A stretch of 64,000 nt of DNA, taken from positions 5,894 through 69,893 of the forward strand of contig NW_001865082.1 in the NCBI RefSeq assembly GCF_000002865.3, given 5' to 3'. The notes under the pieces are model-generated. The model had not been told where the DNA came from, did no database searches, and worked only from the letters and a program-made list of their open reading frames with translations. Positions 26,064 to 37,419 of the stretch are shown here, piece after piece; the stretch's first letter is position 1, and each line of letters opens with the position of its first letter. The position numbers and the translations under genes were made by a program. Source of the stretch: Monosiga brevicollis MX1 (taxonomy: Eukaryota).

Positions 26064-29000
26064 ATGACGGGGCCTCGCGTCCACCGGCTCTTGCATTGGT
26101 CGCCACGCCGCGGCCATGGGCCAACAACCCTTTTGTTCGTGACCCTCCTTGTCCTGCTCATCCAGTCCGTGGCAACCTTTGAATCGCAAGCCAACGTCAC
26201 TCTCGTCACTCAATCCTTCGAATCACTCAGTCTCATTAGCCCACCTTCTCAACCAACCGGTTCGCATCCTCCCCGCCACGCCAGCTGCTCGGGCCGCCCC
26301 CGTCTCTGTCCCGCGCGTGTGCCTTGCCTTGAAAGATCTCATCCGTTTGCTCTCGACGCCTGCCTGGCATATGCTTTGCCCCTACATGGGTGTGTCAAAA
26401 TGGACCAATCACACTTCAAATCAGCTGGAGACCAAGCCACTTGGACGGCCTCTCCACCCGCGGGATGGAGTGCTGATCGTTCAAAAATCCCCTTTGGTGG
26501 TGTCCCGGAATGTCAGTCAAACCCAAGCTCATTCCCACGCCCTGTCCCCCTGTTCAATCTTCTCACCCGCTCATGCTTGCTCTCACCCATACTTGAATCG
26601 CATCGCCACTGCCTGGATCCTCAGGGCGCGGATGGAGCTTTGCCACCATTGACTGGTGGAACACTGTGACAGATGCTGAAACGCTGCGCAGTGCCTTTGC
26701 CACTCTGGCTCAAGGGGTTGCTGCCATCGCCGACTGCAGCGAGTTTGACAACTCTGTGCCAGTAGATGTTGGCAACTACACGTCTACCCTCTTTTCTCCC
26801 ACCTGGTCTCTTGCTCAAGGCTGGGCAGGCCGACATGATATCACCTTGGCCTTTGATTCCTCGTGGCGCAATGCCATGGCCCAAAACGGCTCCCTGATCG
26901 TGCGCCAGTTCAACGCCGCCGGAGCGCACCTTGCAGATAGCCAACTTTTGCGCCTTGAAGGCAACGCCGCGAGCTCCCATTACGCCCCCAACTCTATCCG
27001 CATGAGCCAGCACTTCGACCTCGCTGTGCCCTTGGAGGCTGCGGCCGCCGCCTTTCAGCTGGTTTTTGTCTTGGCTGCCCCCGTCGCCTCATGCACCTGG
27101 TAAGCCGACTCAACACCCCGGGCTGCCGCCTTAGCATGACTGTTTGCTCACCTTTTCCGCATTTTTGTTTCCTGCGCGAACACTGTGCGTAGGTGGGCCA
27201 TAGACAACGTCCGGCTCGCTCAACTACAACGTATGCTCGCTTGCTCGCTCGATACAACGACCCTCCTGCCGCTGCCGTCACCCTGTCCTCAACCCGGTAT
27301 TATTGGGTTGAAAACGCTAGACAATGTGACAACAATCACGACCGTCTCCACCTCCAGCACTGCCGCCATTACCACCACCTCCTCCGAGACTTCTGCTGCC
27401 CCCACCGCTCTGACGACCAATGGCGCCGCCTCCTCCACGAGCGCCGTCAGCTTGTTTAGCATTTATAAGGCCGCTTGGTGCCAGGCCATCTTTCAAGATG
27501 ATCCCACTGTGCAATCGGATATTTTCCATCGAGAAGGTGTCAGTAGCGCAGTTGACGCCGAATGTTTTTGCCGGATCGACGAATCCACTGCCTGGACGTT
27601 GGTTGGGATGCTTGGTAATACCAATCAGGCCTGGCAACCTGCCTTGCCCGAAGCTGCTCAGATGTGGCATCTTGACGACGCTTTCGGCGCCATCAGAGGC
27701 TTGGCCGACTACAAAGCACATTCTTTCGGTCAATGTGCCACGTCTTCCCTTCGGATAGAGGTCAACGGAATCTCCCTCGGGCGCACAGTGCCGTTTGGGT
27801 CTGCGGGTTGTCCAAGCCTCCCTGCCAACCCCACCTCCTTGCAGACCGTCTTTGCTGGACTCTCCTTCTCCTGCACACCTGAGACGACATTTAGCCTGGG
27901 GTACGCTACCTTGCCCCTGCACTTGGTAAGGAAAGCAGACTCAACGCCAAATGCTGTCGTGCTCATCCCACGTATCCCACATAGCGATCCCTGTGTGCAC
28001 GCTTGCCAGTTGGTGGCTGGGTCAGGCGAGGCCTCGGATGACTATTTTCCCAATGCAACCCACATTGTCTTCAAGACAGGTCATAGCTATAACACCACCG
28101 TCTTAAGCACGGCATACTCTGAATCAAATCTAGAGCGTGGTATGCTTCCACTCTCCTCGATGGCCCATTTGTAGGTCGGCCTGCCAACTTACCCAGCACG
28201 CATGTGTTGTCCCCGCCTATCAGTTTACGTGGGTGTCATCACCGCCGATGGACACCTCTCAGGCCTGGGCTCCTCGTGCCTGGGCCCTTGCAACGGGGCC
28301 CAAAATGGCTTGGGCGCCGCCAATGTGGGGCGTGTGACGAGCAATGGCACATGGACCAGCGCTGCTGCAGACAATGTGACGCTGGTCTACAGCTTATTCT
28401 CCGAGTGCTGGGCCTGCATCGACGATGGTATGGAGCCCAACACAAATGCTTCCACCGCTTTTGCTTTTTATCGTCCAGAGCATGGTGAACTGCAAGTGGA
28501 CGCCATCCTGTGTGAGGATGATGAGGACTGGTACTTGTTGAAAAGCGTGTGTAGCGGAGAGCGCCTCGGCGTTCGCGTCACCGTGACTGAAGACTGGCAG
28601 ACGTCGGCTCTCGAGCTCCACCTCTTGTATGAGGAAGCGTCTGGCGCGTCGGGCGAAGTTTCAGCTACTAGTAACTCCTGGCTCAACGTTTCGCTTCCTG
28701 TCACGACTTCTCCCATCTTGGACGTTCGCATGCGAGTGCTTTCACCCCTAAATCAAGCAGCCAGCTACCGCTTGCAAGTGTCGTTGACAGGTGAATGCAG
28801 TCTTGATTTGAGCCAGACGACTCGATCCACTTCATCCACCGGCGACACCTCGGATCAGCTGGATCCGCAAGAGCTATTGGGTATCATTATCAGCCTGCTT
28901 TTGGCTGCGATTGTACGTCACACCCAGGACCAGCCCTCCAAAGCCACACATGGGAGGGATTCGCCATCTTGACCATCTCTGTCGCGCTTGCTTGTGTTTG

Positions 29001-32000
29001 TGCTCGTGTGCATTGTTGCATCAACACAGCTATCTATGGTTGCGTTGTTACTGTGGCGACGCGTGCGGCGGACTCTGGACAAACCCCGCAAGCTCTCTTT
29101 CCTAACTGCACACTTTGATTGTAAGTGATTGATGGCAACCGCTTCGCGGGTTGACGGACCAATGAGCCGAGATTGACTCGACTTTTGCTTGAATGTATTT
29201 TTCCAGTGGTCAAGGAGCTGTATGCTGGCCAAGTTCCGGACTTTGTTCGAGAACCGACGCTGGTCGACCCTGGCTCTTTGCACATCTTGGAGCAGCTGGG
29301 CCAGGGGCACTTTGCCGATGTTTTCAAGGTGGATATACCGACCTGTCCATCCGCTTTCAACTGACCTTCTTTCCGCACACAGAACGGTGCCTGTACCCGT
29401 TGCTCTCATTCCCTTGAGTAATACAATGTCATGATTTGGTTCTTACTCGGTGCCGCACCTTTGACGCTGATTTCAGGCCTCGCGTGACACGGAGGGCGGC
29501 GAGGTGCTTGTGGCTGTTAAAAAGCTCCAACTTGATTCGGATCTTCGTGACGAGCTCCTTGCTGAGGTACACACGATTGCCTAGAAACAACATTGCCTGG
29601 CTTTCAGTGGCATGATGGTTTGCTTGCTTAAGCATTTGTCAAACATACTACTTCTCTCACCTTGCTTGGCTTGGTAATGCGTGGGCTTGCTGGGGTAGGC
29701 CATTGTCATGGCTCAGATCGGTCATCATATCAACTGCGTGCAGCTGACTGGAATTACGCCTTCCTTCGATGCTATTGTCCTTGGTATGTTGCTTTTTCAC
29801 GCAGTCATTAGTATTTCAGCAGTGCAACCGGTTGAATAGTTTGATGGCCCCCCGTGTTGCCGGTTTCCCAGAATACATGGAATATGGCGAGTTGTTGGGG
29901 TTTTTGCGCGCGCATCAGTCTGACGTGACAGATGGTCATCGCCGACTTTGGGTCAACCATGTGGCATGTGGCCTGGCCCATTTGCACACACAACATTTCG
30001 TGCACCGCGACTTGGCGGTAGGCACTGCGACGCTGGTCCATGCTCAGCTCGGCTCGAGACTAAGTCAAGAAGCTGGCACGGCCACTGGATGCATGCGCAG
30101 TCTAATTTGGGCAACCGCAACTCGTTGCATGCGATAGGCTCGGAATATTCTTCTCAATTCAAGTCTGGTGGCCAAGATATCGGATTATGGCCTAGCTCGC
30201 GCAGCCCACACGACACATGGTGACACGAGCAGCATGGACGAAGATCTTTACTGTATGTGAAGAAAGCATTTTCGAAGCAACAAACGGTCCCAGAGACAAG
30301 GTGCACGGGCCATATATGCTCACTCAACGCCCGCGCACCGCTCGCCTTGACTGTGCCATCATCAGATCGCATGCAACATCGAAGTGAAATTCCCATCCGC
30401 TGGTCCGTAGTTGAAAGATAAAGCCGTTTGCCTTCCTTTGTACACCTTCATCCCCTGCCCTTGTACCTTGTCAGGTCGTCACTTGATTGCCTTGAAAATG
30501 CCCTGATGGCATGTAGGATGGCACCCGAAGTCTTGACGGCTGCATCGACTTATTCAGGTGCTAGTGACATCTGGAGCTTTGGAATCGTCGTCTGGGAGAT
30601 CCTTCACGATGGCGCTACCCCATACAAGGGCATGAGTAACGTGGAAACCATAGTAAGTCAGATGAGACCATGTCAGGTGTTGGCCTTTGACAGTTTGACA
30701 TCAGGCTCATACCAAACTTTGCGGTCGCCCCTCGCCCCTGCCACGGCGTAGGCTTTTATCAGCGAAGGTCGTCGGTGTGTCTTGAATTTGTACACCCGTT
30801 GCCACCTGCTTGTGGGCGTGCGCAGGCAGCACTCATTGGTGTTGCTATGAATGGCTTATCGTTCCACTTCTTCATCACGTTCTAGAATGGCTTGCCGTGA
30901 TGACGCTGCCCCAGAGCTACTGCAACTCTACGTCGACTGCTGTACTATTGACGTGCAGAAGCGTCCTCGTGCCCATGACTTGCCAGCGCGCTGCCCTGCA
31001 CCAGCAGAGGCGCCTCGTCAGCTCGTGCGAATGGCATGGCAGGGCGTTCAAAACGGTGTGTGGCTTTTTGATTGATTGCGCCCTGATCCACGTTGCAAGT
31101 GCTTTTCCTTGGTCGCATTGCGCGTGCTCACTTGGTTCCTACTCATTTATCCTTGCTGAATTTCAACATAGACTATGAGTATTTTCGAGCAGGAGAGACG
31201 CTGGCGGTAGCTAGCCAAAGCCGGCACAGCAGCCCCAAACATCAGTATGGTGGCTCTCGAATCACATTGTCCAGCCCGCGTGCCTCGGGTGCAGCATTTT
31301 CCACCAGCGGTGTGAGCAGCGAGTCCTATCGCGGTGCGTCCTCTCGCTTCTTCGGGTGGAATGGCTTTGAAACCACGGGTATCCCGGCTGATATACGCGA
31401 AACTTGGTTGCTAGATGTACTGCGTCTACGGCAAATGGCCGCGTTGGGCTATAATGTCGGCAACAAATCGCCCAACAACTCCTTGCCAGATGTGACACTT
31501 CAGGACTCCGATGGGTCGTTGAGCACCTCGCGTACCCTAGATCCGGGTGCTGTTGTAGAAGTCCCGCAGACTCCCTTGAGGAAACACCAACCTCAAGCCG
31601 CCGATCAATTGCCGTTGCCAAGCTCAAGGCGCAAGGCTCCCAAGGATGTGGACCTGCGTGTGCATTTGATGCCCGTGCGACCTCATTCGGCACCTGTGGG
31701 CCAGCACTCGGGCTTGGGTGGTACAAGCCCGGTGCGGTCAGACTCGAGAGTCTACTTGAGCAGTGATTCTGAGGAAGAAAACGAGGCAGATTTGCTGTCA
31801 CAGTCGAGTCCGGCACATGCTCTATGGGCGCAAAGAAGCTGGTACCACAAATCTCCTTTGACGAGCCTCGGGGCAATGGAGAGTGCAGAGCGCTCCGATT
31901 CGGTTGTGTTGCTGAGCAGCGACGAAGAATACGATGACGATCATATGGCGCCACCGAGTGCAGTTCACCACGGGGGCATCGAGCAGGACCTGGACGTATC

Positions 32001-32247
32001 GGTGATCCTTCCGACTGGCGTCCGCGCTGCATCCAAAACTATGCCCAGTTCGCCTCGGCTTGCTCACATAGCGCAATCTTCCAGGTTGACGACGGCCCAT
32101 GGTATGTCCACAGGCCCGAGTGCTACTAGCAGCTTGGGGACGGTTGACGTGGACATGCCTTTCTCTTCAGGCTCAGATGCTGTTGCCATCGACTTGACTT
32201 CATCCAGAGAGATATCCATCGGGCGCCTGAGTCTGGCGTACTGCTGA
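26064..32247 (+). CDS. Receptor tyrosine kinase with an unusual ectodomain
   Basis: Signal peptide LLFVTLLVLLIQSVA; S/T stalk; TM LLGIIISLLLAAI|LSMVALLLWRR. Kinase motifs LGQGHFADVFK, VAVKK, HRDLA|ARN (TK signature), KISDYG, activation loop DEDLYY, IPIRW|MAPE, SDIWSFGIVVWEI. Long S/P-rich tail with tyrosines. Confidence 0.95.
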
Positions 32248-32968
32248 GGCTTGCTTGCGGAAAGTCATTTTTGGCCTGAAGCTCGGTCATCTAGCCTTGT
32301 TTTCTTTCTGGCTTGCCATTTGAGGTGCTGGGGCTGTGCCCCCTTTCTTTCTCTTTGAAGCCCGTGCATGGACATGTCGGAGAGCATCCATGAACATGAT
32401 GTTATTGCTGTTGTTTGAGAGTTTGCGAGTTCATTTGATTGTACGTACGAGGATAAGGCACAAACAAACGGGTCCACGAGGAGCCCGGCTGTTTTTGTGG
32501 GTGCTGGGCCGAGCTTCTGCTAACACCGATTTGCTCGGTGGTTGTGTCTCATTTTTTCCTGTTATCGCTGTTTTGCTCGGGTTTGAGAATCACATTACAT
32601 CCAGATGTAACCATATTCCTTGCATTTCTCCCTCGCACCCTCACTCAGATCCAAGAAACATGCTTGCTTGCTGTGATCGGGAACCGTGCTGCTCAAACCA
32701 GCAGAATGGCCGGGGCACTGGTTGTTGAACTTTAAGCTTTGAGGTGGTCAATCAAAAACTCAATTCAAGAGCGAGCACCCCGAAGAGTAAAGGGGAATAA
32801 GATGAACTAAAAAAAAGTCGCACACTGGGGCGAGGATCTAAACTCATAAAAGGGCAAAAAGAAAAAAGAAAATAGAATAAAAGCCAGAGGTGCCAAGAAC
32901 CGAATGCTCGGTGGTAGGTTTCCAAGTCTTTGCCAGCGGGGCCAAGGCTCGGATGCGCAGAGCATTGG

Positions 32969-33526
32969 TTATGAGGATGCGACGCCGACGACCGAAACAG
33001 CTGCAGGATCACGGTGCAAGTAGTGAGGTGTTGGGGGTGATGCTTGATGTCGGCGAAGCGCAGGGGAACGGTGTTGGTGGAGGCGGTGACCATGATGGGC
33101 ATGGAGTGGTTGTGGGGCATGTTCAGGTGCCTGATGGGCCGGGTCTGCTTGGTGGGGCTGTATCAACCGTAGGCGAGCCAAGAACTGATTGTCCTCGGCT
33201 TGACGCTCACAGCAGACCTGACAGGGGCCTAGCGTGGCCACGGATTGTTCAGCGAGCAGATCGGCGTTGACGCCAGGGGCGAAGAAGGCTTGTTGAAGGC
33301 GATGCCAGATGGCACGTTGAAGCAGTACTTGACGAAGATCCAAGGAACCCGAGATGTACCCATTTTTGTCGTGGGCTGCCTTGACGAGCTGCCCATGGGA
33401 AACTGCTGATCGACAGCAGCTGCACTCGCGTCTCTTGTGCATGGTTCTGGTTGAAGGTGAGCCACTGATGGGGGCTCGAGCGTCTGTCTTTGAGGGAATG
33501 GCGGTGTCGATGAGGAAAGGGGGCAT
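32969..33526 (-). CDS. Hypothetical single-exon protein (~185 aa) with CSCC/CQVCC and a His/Pro-rich C-terminus
   Basis: Open frame from MPPFLIDT... with host-like codons; no recognisable domain. Confidence 0.35.
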   Translation of the reverse strand: MPPFLIDTAIPSKTDARAPISGSPSTRTMHKRRECSCCRSAVSHGQLVKAAHDKNGYISGSLDLRQVLLQRAIWHRLQQAFFAPGVNADLLAEQSVATLGPCQVCCERQAEDNQFLARLRLIQPHQADPAHQAPEHAPQPLHAHHGHRLHQHRSPALRRHQASPPTPHYLHRDPAAVSVVGVASS

Positions 33527-33855
33527 AGGCAGGAAGCTCAAGCCCAACAGCACTGCAAAGAGACAGCGCAATGTGCACGGCACGGGAGAAAAGGAGCAAA
33601 GAGCCCTAAACGTGGGTTTAGATCGCCGTCAGGGGGGTTCTGCAAAAAAAAGACTTGATCAAGCATGGAGGCTTGGAGAAGAAAATGGTTGGCGATCGTG
33701 CGGGGGGGGCATTTGATCAACAACCAATTCAGGGCAAGCTGTGGTATCTCCCCTTTCCACACCCGTGCGAAACGTTGAAAGGGGGTCTTGCAAGCACTGA
33801 GGAAACTGGGGCCCGTCCTCAAAAGCCCCAACACGAGCCGCAAAGATGCACGCCC

Positions 33856-33889
<34 letters not shown>

Positions 33890-34138
33890 CTCTGCGTTTG
33901 GGATCAAAAGCTCCAGCTCTGATGTGATGCAAGCTGATCACCTCTGTGTATGAGAGAGAGAGAGAGGCGAGAGTACAGGGTCATACCGCCACATGCCGAT
34001 CGCTTCCGCGCAGTCCCAAGCCCTAGTTCATTTCTGAAAAAGTGTTTCCCTACAACAAGTCGCGAAACATTGACAAAATGATGATTCTGTGTGGCTCGTA
34101 TCTTGCATGGGACACACGACAGAAGGGATACGTATGAA

Positions 34139-34141
<3 letters not shown>

Positions 34142-34214
<73 letters not shown>
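34142..34214. repeat. (TG)n microsatellite (second one at ~33857-33888)
   Basis: Directly visible. Confidence 0.97.
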
Positions 34215-34217
<3 letters not shown>

Positions 34218-35179
34218 GATCTGCTCGGCTGTCTGTTCAATCTGTGGCTCTCTGCGCACTCCTCACGATGGCTCTGAACTATGGCACTGGTTCAGTCTTG
34301 CACTGTGTTTTTGTCTCACACTCTGACTCTCTCTGGCTCGACACTCACTTACTCTCTCAGTCTCACGCGTCTCTTTGCACAGATGGCTAGTAGTCACTCT
34401 GAGGAAGGAGCGCCTTAGGGATCGTGCCAAGTATTAGTGTTGCAGCTTGGGGCACCAAAATAAACACCGCCACTCACCTGTTCAGACCCTCGAGCACACT
34501 GACCCGAGCTTGCAGCGTGAGAGGTATCGACAAAAGGGGCTTGCGCCCATGGGAAGCTCCGTTTGCGGGTTCGTCACGGTCCAGGCTGATGACATCATGG
34601 CTGTAGGTGCAGAAATTACATTGCTCACACGTGATACATCTGCACATGCAGAATGCTGGATTCCAGGAAATCGTCAGCCGCCTGACGCCACCGTTCGCTC
34701 ACGGTCAGCATTGGTGTGTCCGTCATTGTGGTCTCTGCCATCGGCAGCAGAGTGGAAGTTCGCCCAACAATGACGATCGTCTGCGGAATCATGACACACA
34801 TTCACAAATGTTCATACCATCTCTTTAACCCAAAGGCGGAAATGAATCGCCGTACGCAACAACGTCAATGTGGTGTGGCACCCCGCCGCTGGTGCGTCAG
34901 TAACCACGAGGCATGAACGAACGCCATTGCCATTGCCATCTTGGATGGATCCGATCTGTGTTTCTTTCAAGCACCAGGCCTGATTGCGATGCCTGTACAA
35001 CTGTGCAACAAGTTTGGTGGAAACGCGGGCTTCTTTTGAAACTAATTACATCCGGGTGGACAGCATGTCACTGTCAAAATCGAATACGGCACAATGGATT
35101 GATATTGGTGACATCACAAGCGTGCCCTCTCACAAGCTCGCCCTCAGGTGCAACTCGTGTTCTGCGCAACTTATTTCTC

Positions 35180-36919
35180 TTAACCCAGAATCGCCGGGTT
35201 GCCCAGAACGTACTTCAACGACACGCTCTGCGCCGCAACATTGCATTGCACGCAGCAGTAGTCAGATGACATCAATCAGGCACTTTGTCTGACGCCCATG
35301 GATATAATGTGACACGACAGATCGGTCACAAACACTCACTTGCGGTCGCACTCGGCCATCCTCGTAATCATCATCCTTGAATCGCAGCGAATAACTCCTT
35401 GATCCACTCAGCTACTCCCCCATGCAATGGCGCGTGATCAGCCCACAATACCGTCCTCACTCCCACCCAGGCGACCTCGGGCCCAAGAGGACCACAAGTG
35501 CCCCCTTGACAAACCAGATCAGGCGGAGAGATGACGGTCGCTGGATAGAAGCAGGTTGTTTGCGGATAGAGCGCCAGCACTGGGCAGTCGGTCGGATACA
35601 ACTACGCGCGACGAAAAAAAAAATTAGTTTTTGAGCAATAACAACTTAAAAAAGGCAACAAACAAGACCTGCCGTACAGCATTCAACACGAACCGCATCT
35701 GCCGACGCTGGTGGCGGAACCCAAATGGGCAGTGGTAGTATGTTGGCACGGCTCACAAGCCGCATGCTATTCCGGCCCAACCAGCAAGACCCCCCAACAA
35801 TCAGGCAGCATGCCCCTGTCCTCCCCTCCTCTTCTGCTTCTCTCGTCAACCTTTGTTCCCACTCTGCCGAGTACTTACGTCTGAATCTCCGTGTCCTCAA
35901 TCAAGTCCTCCACAAGATACTCATCCGATTCCGAGTGTGGCCCAGCCACAATGGACAAGATCCAATTTTGGCCCATGAGCGCTGCCACCTACAAATGTGG
36001 CCACCCATGAACCACCAGCAAATGGCGCACAGCCCCCGTTCGGTCCCGCTCGGTCCCGCTCCTTCCCATTGGATAGTAATGTATCAATGCATTGTGGATG
36101 GCTCGCCCACCTCGAGCCCCGTGGGGAGCGTCGCATTCTTGGGCCATGGCGATGCCCCACACAAGGGAGGCAGCCTGCGAGTCACCGAGCCCATGATAAA
36201 ACAGAATATATCAGCAACACAATCGGCCAGGCCTTCGATGCAGCTGCGCGCACATAAGGACGTACACATAAGGGTCAGCCCATGGAATTAGAGTCTGTTC
36301 CAGCGAATTGATCAACGCAGCAGTCCGCGCGGAGGTAGATGATTTGATAAAGGGATTGGCCTCGGCCTCCCGCTTCTTGATGAGGGCAGAGACAATGCGC
36401 TTGGCCGCCAACAGGCTCCTGCCAAAGACCGCCACTCTCTTGTTGAGCGCCGCTTGACCCTTCTCAGCTGGAGATGGTGGCTGCAAGGAACATCAAGCAA
36501 GGAACATCAAGCAAGCAAATGGCCGGCGTACTGACTTTTCCTGTTGGATGAGTGCCCCCGCCAGAGGCAGAATGTGGTTGCAGGCGCTCGTGCACGCTTT
36601 ACTATCTTTTTCTGCCAACAACAAGGTCCCGTCGACCGAATGCATGAGAAGAGCAGGCAGGGTCGTGCCACCTTGCTGCAGACACATCATATACATGGGA
36701 AAAAAACCCCCTCCTCCGGGGGCTGTCCGGCCTGTCCGGCAGTCGGACAATCTTGCTCAAAGAATAAAATAAATAAATAATAAAAGAGAACACTCGACAG
36801 GATCCCAGCATGATCTTACCAGCGTTGGCGTGGAGAGTTTGAATAGTCTGCTTCACAGACTCGCGGCTGCGAGTGGCGGCCGCATACCCCTCCATCGCGA
36901 GCTGGAGCTTGTCTGTCAT
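35180..36919 (-). CDS. SGF29: SAGA-associated factor 29 (tandem Tudor)
   Basis: N-terminal coiled coil; LPPLCGA; VAA...NWILSIV...YLVEDL; ILPLPIW; VLALYPQTTCFYPATV; YSLRFKDDDY. Last exon inferred as SVSLKYVLGNPAILG*. Confidence 0.93.
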
Positions 36920-37073
36920 GCCTGCCGGTCCAGCGCCTTTTCCCTCGCCAATCAATGATGTAGCTTAAAAATACTCGCACACATGCACAGCCCGCGTGAC
37001 GAACCAGCCAACGCTTGTCTGGTCCCACCTCGGCCAATTCATCCAGAGCCAGACGCTTCCTTCCATGAAGCGT

Positions 37074-37074
<1 letters not shown>

Positions 37075-37113
<39 letters not shown>
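37075..37113. repeat. (GCC)n trinucleotide repeat in the divergent SGF29/LRR intergenic region
   Basis: About 13 CCG units visible. Confidence 0.95.
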
Positions 37114-37114
<1 letters not shown>

Positions 37115-37419
37115 TCAGGGTCGAGAACTTTGCCGTTGCACACTCGAACGTCTAGTCAAATTTGGAGAATGTGAAATCAAATTCCAAGGGTATGCACTGT
37201 TGTAACTGACGACTCTGGCGGGTAATATTTTAGTGCTAAACAGGTGTTGTGGCGCATGCCCGCTTGGCAACGAACGAATGGCGGAGATGCCGCCCCGTGC
37301 AGCTCCTCGCCGTGTCTGGCCTAACCCCTTTTGAGTCCTGGATGTGATGTTGTTTAAAGAAATGCTGGTGAAGGGTGACTCCTTCTAAAGGTGTCAACGT
37401 CCAGCCACAGCCAACCTCA

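Noticed and set aside
34400..35170. Non-repetitive stretch downstream of SGF29, considered as ncRNA or a gene
   Set aside because: No tRNA/snRNA motif or credible coding frame recognised.
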